This document shows positions 1 to 7,867 of a stretch of 40,000 nt of DNA, in pieces. Where the stretch lies: NCBI GenBank assembly GCA_963826075.1, contig CAWGVQ010000007.1, positions 318,858 through 358,857 on the forward strand, written 5' to 3'. Each line of letters begins with the position of its first letter. The first letter of the stretch is position 1. This DNA is from an uncultured Chloroflexia bacterium (GTDB taxonomy: Bacteria; Chloroflexota; Ktedonobacteria; Ktedonobacterales; JADMIN01). Position numbers and translations under genes: made by a program. Below the pieces are notes generated by a model. That model had not been told where the DNA came from and did no database searches. It saw only the letters and a program-made list of their open reading frames with translations.

Positions 1-397
1 GCTTCTCATCATCGCCGGACTCACGGCGGAGGTAGTCAGCCGGTATACCTTCGTATCGCGTCAGCTGGTCATGAAGCGCTGGCGTCGACCTCTTTGACGT
101 AACTGATGTGGAGGTATGAGAAGAATAACTCTCCTTGTTTCTGCCCGGCGAGGGTAATGCAGTCGGGCGTCAGCGTCCAGATCAAGGGGGAAAATGACAT
201 CACAATGTCCTTTCGAGAATGCCCCAGGAGCACCCGGCACCGGTAATCCCCGGCATCGGTATCCCACGCACTGCAGAAAATCTACCAACCTGGAATGTAC
301 TATATCAAGCTTCCCAGGTTTCTGCAATCCTCACCGTCGCTTGGCACCGGTACCTTGGCCAAGGTTACTGCTGGTGTTTAAGCACAGGCAAGTGTAG

Positions 398-892
398 TCA
401 TCCATGCAGAAGTTGCTCGGCGATTGCCTGTAACCGGCTCGGAGACATGCCCTGCCGCTGCTCCTGCGCCAAGGGATGCTCTTCGTCGCCAACGATGATC
501 GTGGGGCGCTCACCCACCGGCATGGTCTGCACCGATGTGGGCAAATTCAGGGTGGACGAGTACACCGGCAACTGGGTGCTCAACCACCCAAAATAGGGTG
601 GCTCCGATTCCCGTCCCGGCGACTCCCAAAGAGCGAGTGTCCGTTCAAAGTTCGGCTGGCTGAGGGAGACCCACACCAGCCAGACAAACGGATCCGGTGA
701 GCCGTCTATGGGAATGCAGATGCGACCGAGAATGAAATAATGTTGCCCATCGATGACGCACAGATCGCTATCGAGATGTGCGCGCGCGTCGCGTTCCTCG
801 GCGGGAATCGAGGCATACATGTCCGGAGCTTCCGCTCCGAAACAAAGGGGTAGGTCATCATGCGTCTCGCCACACGTCGAGCAGGTCCACAT
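398..892 (-). CDS. DUF2199 domain-containing protein
   Basis: 164-aa ORF. It starts MWTCSTCGETHDDLPLCFG (CxxC) and has the core FVWLVWVSLSQPNFERT. Both fit my memory of the DUF2199 family pattern. Confidence 0.7.
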   Translation of the reverse strand: MWTCSTCGETHDDLPLCFGAEAPDMYASIPAEERDARAHLDSDLCVIDGQHYFILGRICIPIDGSPDPFVWLVWVSLSQPNFERTLALWESPGRESEPPYFGWLSTQLPVYSSTLNLPTSVQTMPVGERPTIIVGDEEHPLAQEQRQGMSPSRLQAIAEQLLHG

Positions 893-1155
893 CTGTACTT
901 ACCCCCTCCGGGCAGATCACTCGCTTGACACCCACACCGCTTTGGCGCCCTACCAGTGTATCATGCAGGCTGGCGTAATACCATTTCTGACCACTTCGTC
1001 GCAACCGCGCACAGGCTGGCAGTCCTTATTCGTTTTATGCGCTCGCACGGTACGCGCGATCCCACCCGCGCGACAACCCACCACAGTACCGCGGAGCGCG
1101 GAATGCTATACTTAACTAGGACCGTGCTATTTCTTCCCCTACTAAAGGTAATGCC

Positions 1156-2103
1156 ATGCGGGAGATCACCGTATTCAGCGGCAGCGCCCACCGCGCGCTC
1201 GCGCAGGAGGTATGCGACGGCCTCGGTGTCGACCTCAGCCCGTCCACGATTCGGCGCTTCAGCAACGATTGTCTGTATGTACAACTCAACGCCAACTGCC
1301 GAGAGCGGGACGTCTTCATCGTGCAGCCGCTGGTTCCACCGGTGCAGGAGCACCTCATGGAGCTGCTGCTTATGCTCGATGCGTCCCGTGACGCCTCCGC
1401 GCGGCGCACGACGGCAGTGATACCGTACTACGCCTATGCCCGCTCAGATAAGAAGGATGCCCCACGCATTTCCATTGCCGGGCGACTCGTCGCTGACCTG
1501 CTCACCTCAGCGGGGGCAAGCCGGGTCCTAACGCTGGCTCTGCACGCGCCGCAGGTACATGGCTTCTTCCGCGTACCTGTTGACCACCTCAACGCCCTCA
1601 ACATCCTGTGCGCCCACTTTCGAGACCGCGATCTCTCCAATACGGTGGTCGTCTCACCAGATCTGGGCAATGCCAAGTCGGCCTCACACCTGGCACGCCT
1701 ATTGAACCTGCCTGTGGCAGCAGGAAGCAAGCGCCGCATCGACGACCAGCACGTGGAAATCGACCGAGTCGTGGGAGATGTAGCCAGTAAGAACGTTATC
1801 CTGCTCGACGACGAGATAGCCAACGGCGGGACAATACTGGAGATGCTGCGGCTGCTGCGCGAGCACCAGGTTGGCAGCATCGCGGTGGCGTGCACGCATG
1901 GGCTCTTCACCGGCTCGGCCATCGAGCGGCTCGCGGCTCAGCCTGACGTGACAGAGGTGGTGACGACGAATACGGTGCCGCTCACACCGGCGAAGACCCG
2001 GGCGTTTCCGCAGCTGCGCGTTCTCTCGGTGGCTCCGCTGTTGGCGGAGGCCATCAAACGCATCCACGACGGTGACTCGATCAGTAGTCTCTTCGACCTA
2101 TAG
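1156..2103 (+). CDS. prs: ribose-phosphate pyrophosphokinase (PRPP synthetase)
   Basis: 315-aa ORF. The N-terminus (ITVFSGSAHRALAQEVCDGLGV) and the PRPP-binding loop (VILLDDEIANGGT) are typical of Prs. Confidence 0.93.
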   Translation: MREITVFSGSAHRALAQEVCDGLGVDLSPSTIRRFSNDCLYVQLNANCRERDVFIVQPLVPPVQEHLMELLLMLDASRDASARRTTAVIPYYAYARSDKKDAPRISIAGRLVADLLTSAGASRVLTLALHAPQVHGFFRVPVDHLNALNILCAHFRDRDLSNTVVVSPDLGNAKSASHLARLLNLPVAAGSKRRIDDQHVEIDRVVGDVASKNVILLDDEIANGGTILEMLRLLREHQVGSIAVACTHGLFTGSAIERLAAQPDVTEVVTTNTVPLTPAKTRAFPQLRVLSVAPLLAEAIKRIHDGDSISSLFDL

Positions 2104-2160
2104 GGCCTTGGTTCGGTCGCCATCAGGAGAAGAATTGTCCGAGCCAGCCGAAGTGCTCAT

Positions 2161-2256
2161 GGGGAACGAAAAACCCAGGCGACAAGCAGACTTGTGACCT
2201 GGGCGTGTACTGGAGTGCGGGCTCCTCGGAGGGGATTCGAACCTCTAACCTTGCGG
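2161..2256 (-). repeat. distal att repeat: displaced 3' fragment of tRNA-Asn (2222-2256) plus its native terminator
   Basis: Aligns without gaps to 16335-16430, 88/96 identical. 2216-2256 is a 41-bp perfect match to 16390-16430. The match stops exactly in the anticodon-stem 3' strand of the tRNA. Confidence 0.88.
2169..2203 (-). terminator. rho-independent terminator of the original tRNA-Asn locus
   Basis: On the minus strand the stem is cccaggtcacaag/cttgtcgcctggg (11 Watson-Crick pairs plus a 2-nt internal mismatch, 4-nt loop), followed by TTTTT. Confidence 0.6.
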
Positions 2257-2432
2257 GTAGCTTGCTGTGCAAGCCCTGAATTTAACGGGGTTTGTGGTTA
2301 TTTTGCCCTGATCTGGGAGTGCTACCTGGTAACCAGTTACTTTTCAGTATACGCCCGCAACCTTTCAACAAGCAGGTAGACATTACCAGTGCAAAGCAAC
2401 CTAACGATAATCAGAAAGGAACCGGGTGAACC

Positions 2433-2888
2433 ATGAATTACTTCCAAATTACCGCGAAGGTCGAAGAAGTGAACGAGTCTTCGTACACGGTGCAGTCAAC
2501 GGGTGAGATCGTCACCAAAGTGCAGCTCTCGCTGGTCGTTCCCAGCATGCACGATCGAATATTGTGCGAGCTACCGCTAGACAAGTCTCCAAAAGCGGAT
2601 ATCCTCGACCAGTGGGAATTAGACGAGTCCTGGGTGGTGGTCTCAGCCGAAGGCATGCGGGCGTTGGCCTTTGAGCGCAGCAACGCCCGCGCTGGAGAGA
2701 AACCGGTAGGTGCGCTGGTCGTCTTCCAGGGAGTTGAGGCACGCGAGGCGACCGCCGACGAGCGCAAGGAATTGCAGCAAGCCCGAAAAGCTCAGAAGGT
2801 CCAAGCCAAACAGCGGAGGGCCGCTCGCCAGGCAGAGAAGAAGACCCCGAAAGATGCTGCACCTACAGCTACCCAGCACTCCGCCTAG
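2433..2888 (+). CDS. hypothetical protein with a Lys/Arg-rich C-terminal tail (possible nucleic-acid binding)
   Basis: 151-aa ORF preceded by AAAGGAA 12 nt upstream. The C-terminal tail is KELQQARKAQKVQAKQRRAARQAEKK. I recognise no family. Confidence 0.6.
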   Translation: MNYFQITAKVEEVNESSYTVQSTGEIVTKVQLSLVVPSMHDRILCELPLDKSPKADILDQWELDESWVVVSAEGMRALAFERSNARAGEKPVGALVVFQGVEAREATADERKELQQARKAQKVQAKQRRAARQAEKKTPKDAAPTATQHSA

Positions 2889-3427
2889 ATGTCGCTCTGT
2901 TGTCGGTTGACGTAAAAAAGCGGCCCCGGCTCGAGCAGGCGATGGACAATCAATGGGACAAAGGCAATGATGACCAGTGGGACTAGCTGCGGAAGAGGGC
3001 GCCAGATAACCGCCTCAAGGACACAAAAGAGCGACAGCCATACGTTTGCCCATGTCCTAGTCCACCTGAACAAGCGGGGTCGTAGTGATAGCACGATGAT
3101 ACGCGTCGACGGCAGAGGCCTCCGGGCTTGCAATATGCCAATCAGCGCGGTATCTGCAAAAAGAACTGCCAGCGAGCCAACGGTCACTCGCGAGAGAAAG
3201 AAGGCTAGGTACAAGGGCTGCCTGTCTGAGTAGTTCGGCTCAGCCATGACACACGCAAGTGCACCAATCAGACTCGTGATGGTGATGGCCAAACAGATGA
3301 CTGCAACCCACACGCGGACGCCCATCCAACACCGACCACCAGGACGTATGAGTGTTGGCCCATCAGGTTGCTGGAGCATGACGCTACGCACTCCCTTCGG
3401 TCTCTCACGAGCTAGTTCGTCGGGCAA
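2885..3427 (-). CDS. hypothetical multi-pass membrane protein
   Basis: 180-aa ORF with a TTG start and AGGTGA just upstream. It has about 4 hydrophobic segments. Its stop overlaps the stop of 2433..2888 in the tetranucleotide CTAG (2885-2888). Confidence 0.5.
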   Translation of the reverse strand: MPDELARERPKGVRSVMLQQPDGPTLIRPGGRCWMGVRVWVAVICLAITITSLIGALACVMAEPNYSDRQPLYLAFFLSRVTVGSLAVLFADTALIGILQARRPLPSTRIIVLSLRPRLFRWTRTWANVWLSLFCVLEAVIWRPLPQLVPLVIIAFVPLIVHRLLEPGPLFYVNRQQSDI

Positions 3428-3467
3428 GTTTCACCTGACTATCAGTATACCCGCCAAGGCAACGGCA

Positions 3468-3485
3468 GTGTGAATGGGGTCACAC
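3468..3485. promoter_or_regulatory. perfect palindrome GTGTGA-N6-TCACAC (CRP/FNR-type half sites)
   Basis: The sequence gtgtgaatggggtcacac lies in the 99-bp divergent intergenic region between 2885..3427(-) and 3527..4468(+). Confidence 0.45.
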
Positions 3486-3526
3486 CACTGGCGGCGATAA
3501 TCCCGAGCTGAAAGGAGAGGATACAC

Positions 3527-4468
3527 ATGGCACGAATCACACATACGGCGAGCGTCGGCCCTGCAAGCCAGGCACACATTTCTGTGGTCGATCGGCTCGA
3601 ATATTTCCTGCGGTCGCGAGCATCGAAGGTCGTTGTGCTGGCGCTGGTTGCCAACACGATGGTCGCCCAGCTGCTCTACAACTCTGCCGGCCAGCTGGTG
3701 CTCGGGGATGGCGTCTTGCTGGGCTATCTCATCATCTCGGCATGCTGCTCGACGGTGGCGTTTGCCCTCTTCGAGGTGAGCACCATCTTTCAACTCCACG
3801 ACCTGATGAGCTTGGACAGCTCCATCAAGACCGAGATTGGCGCGGAGACGCTCATCAAACGGGGCTACTTTGTTTTAGGCGTCTCCTCGGTGATCAACTT
3901 CCTCTCGGTGCTCTACTTCTTGGCACTGGCCTGGCACAGCACCACCGGACATTCTGCTGCGTTCCCGCTGGATAACCTGCCCTCGCCCTGGAACTGGCTC
4001 TACTATGCGGTCCATGCCAGCGCCTACACCGCGGTCTTGTTCCTGGCAGGCATCTTCGGAGAGCGGCCCAAGAGTGGCAAAGAGGTGATTCTGGCCACCC
4101 AGCGGGACTTGGAGCAGCAAGCGCTGGAACGCTGGCGAATGCAGAAGGAAGCACAGATTGAGGACATGATGCACCGAGGAATCCCACTCGGTGCCGTGGC
4201 GGCGGCGCTGGCCAGCCCTGAGACCGCCGAGCGGATTGCCGTCTTGGAAGCCGCTACGACGGGCACCATGTCTGCCCTTGATGCCGCTCGGCTCAACGTC
4301 CAGCGGGCTGGGCAGGATTTGACATTGCTTGATGGGCTGCGCGCGGTCGGGGAGGCTCTGCCAGCGCACGATACTCGATCGGCGAATACCGATGAGGAGT
4401 TCGAAGAGCCGGAGAAGGAGGTAGCCGTCAATGGGAAGAGCCCTTTGCCCCTGGCTCGCCGCCGGTAG
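3527..4468 (+). CDS. hypothetical membrane protein: N-terminal ~4 TM segments, C-terminal Ala/Glu-rich helical region
   Basis: 313-aa ORF with a strong RBS (AAAGGAGAGG) 6 nt upstream of the ATG. Hydrophobic segments fall within residues ~35-190. Confidence 0.65.
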   Translation: MARITHTASVGPASQAHISVVDRLEYFLRSRASKVVVLALVANTMVAQLLYNSAGQLVLGDGVLLGYLIISACCSTVAFALFEVSTIFQLHDLMSLDSSIKTEIGAETLIKRGYFVLGVSSVINFLSVLYFLALAWHSTTGHSAAFPLDNLPSPWNWLYYAVHASAYTAVLFLAGIFGERPKSGKEVILATQRDLEQQALERWRMQKEAQIEDMMHRGIPLGAVAAALASPETAERIAVLEAATTGTMSALDAARLNVQRAGQDLTLLDGLRAVGEALPAHDTRSANTDEEFEEPEKEVAVNGKSPLPLARRR

Positions 4469-4494
4469 CTCCAGCAGGACTTCCTCCGGCGGCA

Positions 4495-4644
4495 ATGCAG
4501 CTGGTCGTGGCGTTGACCGATCAGCTGCCACAGGCACAGGGGCGCACCTGGACGGAGGCGGACTATGCCATTCGTGATGCACGCCTGCAGGCACTGGGCC
4601 TCGTCTCAGCCTACAGAACGCAGATGGAACCGGCAAAAACATGA
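4495..4644 (+). CDS. possible small ORF (49 aa), below the ORF-track cutoff
   Basis: My translation is MQLVVALTDQLPQAQGRTWTEADYAIRDARLQALGLVSAYRTQMEPAKT. It fills the gap between 4468 and 4646. The RBS is weak. Confidence 0.25.
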   Translation: MQLVVALTDQLPQAQGRTWTEADYAIRDARLQALGLVSAYRTQMEPAKT

Positions 4645-4645
4645 C

Positions 4646-5074
4646 TCACGGCAGGCTCGGGCCCTGCAGAAACTGGACAGGTGTTCGGATGGGGATGCTG
4701 TCATACCGTCCCATGGAGAGCAAGTCACTATCCCCACTGACGATGACGCTCGCGCCGCCACTCACTGCCAGCTCGAGGACAAAATTGTCTTTGGGGTCGC
4801 GCACCACGTGCAGTTGCACGGTGATCGTAGTCAATGTTCCTACCGTGGTGAGCAGGTTGACGAACTGTACGCGCTGGGACGGGCTGGCATACTGGTCGAA
4901 CTTTGGGTACTGCAGCACGCTATACAGCTCGCGGAGCAACGGCAGCGAGATGAGGAGTTTGCCGTGGTCAAGAGCGAAGTCAACTGCCCGTCGAGATGTC
5001 GAGGTCGGAATGAGGAAGGCGCTGATGAGCACGTTGGTGTCAAAGACGGCGCGCACCTCAGACCTGAGCGTCAT
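4646..5074 (-). CDS. PIN-domain toxin (TIGR00305 / PIN_3-like)
   Basis: 142 aa. It has AVFDTNVLISAF near the N-terminus and RDPKDNFVLELAVSGGASVIVSGDSDLL near the C-terminus, the acidic-residue pattern of this PIN family. Confidence 0.85.
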   Translation of the reverse strand: MTLRSEVRAVFDTNVLISAFLIPTSTSRRAVDFALDHGKLLISLPLLRELYSVLQYPKFDQYASPSQRVQFVNLLTTVGTLTTITVQLHVVRDPKDNFVLELAVSGGASVIVSGDSDLLSMGRYDSIPIRTPVQFLQGPSLP

Positions 5075-5328
5075 CGTGGCTCGTTCGTGGGGTGCGCTTC
5101 CTCGGCCTCCCGCAGAAGTTCCTGCAGCCGCTCTTCGGTCAAGCCGCAGTCTTCAGCCTGCTTGCCGACGGTGTCCATCAGCTCACGCAAGGACTGCCGG
5201 CTCGTTGCGGCCTCCAAGAGGTGCAGACTCACCAGCGCTTCCAGTTTGCGCCGCATCTCAGGAGTTGCCTCCTTGAAGACACGCGCTGCTGCTTCATCCA
5301 ATTCCAATGTGACGGGTTCCGTCGCCAT
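5071..5328 (-). CDS. cognate antitoxin (small acidic helical protein)
   Basis: 85-aa ORF immediately upstream of the PIN gene, with an ATGA start/stop overlap at 5071-5074. Confidence 0.7.
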   Translation of the reverse strand: MATEPVTLELDEAAARVFKEATPEMRRKLEALVSLHLLEAATSRQSLRELMDTVGKQAEDCGLTEERLQELLREAEEAHPTNEPR

Positions 5329-5680
5329 ACGCTTTGCTCTCTCTCACCACTCTACCAATCCACCTCCAGTATGCCACATCGGGATGCTGCGGTGGGCGCC
5401 GAGTCCAGGCCTCCGGTGCGGTGCGGCCAGCCCCGACCGGCTCGAGACCCGGCAAAGCGGCCGCGACGAGGGGCCCGGTCAAGACTGCCGCGCAGCGGCA
5501 CCCCGGAGCGGAGCGGAGGGGTTTAGCCTTGACTGGGAGCGGAGCGGCGCTAGGGTCGAAGAGAGTCGGGCGGGGCTGGGGCCGAGCCACAGAGGCAGCA
5601 CCTCGGCCACGGCAGCGCAGAGGGCGCCGAGGGAGGCAGCAAGGCGGCCCCGTTCCATTCTGGAGAAAGGAGGCAACACC

Positions 5681-5962
5681 ATGGGCAAGAGAACGATGAG
5701 GAGCCTAGTGCGGCAGGGGCGACTCCCTGGCCTGCAAGCTGATCCTACCTACCTGGATCTGGCTGGCGATGCGATGCTCTCGGGGATGACCCGAGACCAA
5801 GTCATTGAGCAGCTGCGCCAGCGCATCGAGCGCGATCTGGACTATCTAGACTATCGCAAGGCAACCGGGAAGCACACGCGCTACGACGAGGAGGTGACCC
5901 AGGACCTGCGCGCCCTGGCGCTCGCCGCCGTCCTGCTGGGAGATGACCACCAGCAGAAGTAA
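5681..5962 (+). CDS. hypothetical small protein upstream of rep
   Basis: This is the 3' part of the long shadow ORF 4565..5962. The ATG at 5681 is preceded by GGAGAAAGGAGG. The 93-aa sequence is non-repetitive and protein-like. Confidence 0.55.
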   Translation: MGKRTMRSLVRQGRLPGLQADPTYLDLAGDAMLSGMTRDQVIEQLRQRIERDLDYLDYRKATGKHTRYDEEVTQDLRALALAAVLLGDDHQQK

Positions 5963-5971
5963 GATCGAGGT

Positions 5972-5992
5972 CCGCCGGCACGATGCCGGCGG
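5972..5992 (+). other. GC-rich stem-loop (9-bp perfect stem ccgccggca / tgccggcgg, 3-nt loop)
   Basis: Read directly from the sequence. It lies 9 nt after the stop of 5681..5962 and 81 nt before the rep start. No T-tract follows it. Confidence 0.5.
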
Positions 5993-6073
5993 GCCGAGGG
6001 GCCGAACTGGGTAACACGGCCCCCAAGAATACATGAGTGAGCTGGACGATGACTGAAAGCGAGAAATAGAGCT

Positions 6074-7648
6074 ATGCCACTTGAGGAACACCTTCGGGCA
6101 CTCACCCAGTTCGTGGACACGTGCCCAACAATACATCGCCCGCGTGAGGCACACGAGGGTTGGGTGGACGACGCCCTCCGGATCCTCATGGCTGGGGTAG
6201 ATACCGTGCATCTGAGCTTTGACGTCGAAGTGAGTGAAGCGATGTTCCAGTACCTCGTAGGGGAGCAGCAGCAGGCGCGGCTGGCTCAGCAGCAGCGCAA
6301 CGCTGCCTACTGCTCCGAATGGCTCAATGCCCGTGTCGCACCTACCGGCGTCAAAGGCTATGCGATCCTCATCGATCGGGAGGAGTGGTCGATCAAGGTG
6401 GCCTACGACAATCCCACCCGTCCACCGATCTTTGTTGAGCTCCGTTCTCTTGCCTTGCACACTCATCCGGAAAAGGTGCTGGGGGCTTGTGAAGATGCCT
6501 GCACCTTCATTCGGGACGTCCTGTTGGCTGACCGCTCGGACGAGTTGCGTACTCAGGTGAAGCTGGGCAACGAAAAGCTCTCGCGACTGGATCTGCACGT
6601 GGATTACCAGGGGGGCTGGCATCCGGATCTCTCGGAGCAGGAACGCCGCCAGTTCATCAAACCGGGACACGCCAAACTGAATGGCCACCTGGAGGGAGAT
6701 CGCTGCACGGGCTACGTTCTGGGCAAACGACGGATTGTCGCCCGGATCTACAACAAGACGATTCAGGCCAAAGAGCACCAACTGGACTGGTACTTCACCT
6801 TGCTCGAGCAGCAAGCTGGAGACCGCTACAACCCCGATCAGGATGTGTGGCGCCTGGAGTTTGAGCTCAAACGGGAGGGAGTGCAAGGGTTTTGTCTCTA
6901 CACCAAACCGGAGGTGAGTGACCCAGAGGATATCATTGACGCGGAGCTCGAGGCCGAAGACTTGCCTACCACCGGAACGATCCAGAAGGCACTCTACTGG
7001 GCACCGCATCTGATCCACTATCTGATGACGCGCTGGTTCCGTCTGGTTGTCCCAAGCGAGGATACCAACCGGGCAAGATGGGCAACCCATCCTACCTGGC
7101 TTGCGCTCAAAGAGGGCTTTGCTGCCGCGATGACGGCCCCAGCGCTCTCCCAGGAACAAAGCCTGCTGGTGCGTGCGCAGCGGCACACAGGCTATAGTCG
7201 GCTCATCAATCGGATGGCGGTGGGCATTGCCAGTGCTGCCGAATTGCTCCTGGACACGGATCCGTGCTCGGTTCTGCCAGCGTTTGTCGCGAACGTGGAG
7301 CAGCTGGCGGCGCAGATTGTCGCCAAACAGGAGGAGAAGCGCAGGCAACTGAAGGGGGAATCTCCCTATGACGCCCGAAGACGGCGCCATTTTCAGGACG
7401 TGCAGCATCTCGCGGCGATGGCACTTGGCGTCTTGACCCAAGCAGGGGTACTCAAGGCGGAGTTGCCGCGAGTGGCTTGTATTGGGGATGTGCTAGCTGT
7501 TCTGGAACCTGATCTCGAGCAAATCGCCAATGCCAAAGGGGGCATCGGGCAGGTGCTCTACGACAAGTGGTGCAAAACCTATAAAGTCGTGCCACCACGC
7601 GGAATGTTCACCATGCATGTGCCTCGGCAGAAGGCCCAGGCGGCCTGA
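6074..7648 (+). CDS. Rep_trans-family rolling-circle replication initiator / MOB_T-like relaxase
   Basis: 524 aa. Ordered motifs are LSRLDLHVDYQGG, TGYVLGKRRIVARIYNKTIQAKE and VWRLEFELKREG. These match the Rep_trans (PF02486) pattern RxDxxxD ... G ... R.YdK ... RxExEl as I remember it. Confidence 0.8.
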   Translation: MPLEEHLRALTQFVDTCPTIHRPREAHEGWVDDALRILMAGVDTVHLSFDVEVSEAMFQYLVGEQQQARLAQQQRNAAYCSEWLNARVAPTGVKGYAILIDREEWSIKVAYDNPTRPPIFVELRSLALHTHPEKVLGACEDACTFIRDVLLADRSDELRTQVKLGNEKLSRLDLHVDYQGGWHPDLSEQERRQFIKPGHAKLNGHLEGDRCTGYVLGKRRIVARIYNKTIQAKEHQLDWYFTLLEQQAGDRYNPDQDVWRLEFELKREGVQGFCLYTKPEVSDPEDIIDAELEAEDLPTTGTIQKALYWAPHLIHYLMTRWFRLVVPSEDTNRARWATHPTWLALKEGFAAAMTAPALSQEQSLLVRAQRHTGYSRLINRMAVGIASAAELLLDTDPCSVLPAFVANVEQLAAQIVAKQEEKRRQLKGESPYDARRRRHFQDVQHLAAMALGVLTQAGVLKAELPRVACIGDVLAVLEPDLEQIANAKGGIGQVLYDKWCKTYKVVPPRGMFTMHVPRQKAQAA

Positions 7649-7789
7649 CAACAGGTTATGCTACAGCCACTGTATAAGGTCGTCTGATTTTGTAAGATCT
7701 GTGTTTATAATGGAAGCTAGGTACTGTGACCCAACAAAGGATGAAATCCGCTAACTTGTGCTGTAAAATTACCCGCTCAACCAACGGGA

Positions 7790-7867
7790 ATGGCATGGTT
7801 TGTGATCGCTGATCTCACAGACGCCAAGCACATCCCGCAGGAATTGGAGCGAAGTGCTCATCATTTC
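7790..7867 (+). pseudogene. short remnant resembling the C-terminal half of a bacterial TIR-domain protein
   Basis: AWFVIADLTDAKHIPQELERSAHHF resembles a motif I recall from cyanobacterial and Chloroflexi TIR proteins (RFVIADLTDxxSIPQEL..IVPH). An in-frame stop lies 16 codons upstream, so no N-terminal TIR half is present. Confidence 0.3.

Noticed and set aside
1-397. Several short ORFs: 61..327 minus, 194..397 plus, 219..596 plus. There is also a possible 3' end of a plus-strand gene ending at 97 (frame 2: ...LLIIAGLTAEVVSRYTFVSRQLVMKRWRRPL*).
   Set aside because: I checked three frames by hand and none shows a recognisable family. All are short or mutually overlapping. The truncated plus-strand reading is plausible but too short to support a call.
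2194-2379. 61-aa ORF across the left att repeat
   Set aside because: It is composed of the tRNA fragment and att-adjacent non-coding DNA. It has no RBS and no protein-like features.
4565-5962. 465-aa ORF on the plus strand
   Set aside because: Most of it is the antisense shadow of the well-supported PIN toxin and antitoxin genes plus a GC-rich spacer. The translation is Arg/Ser/Ala-rich low complexity. Only its last 93 codons (5681..5962), which have their own strong RBS, look like a gene.
5846-7441. 531-aa ORF on the minus strand
   Set aside because: It is antisense to the Rep_trans gene, whose motifs are clear. This is a typical long shadow ORF in GC-rich DNA.
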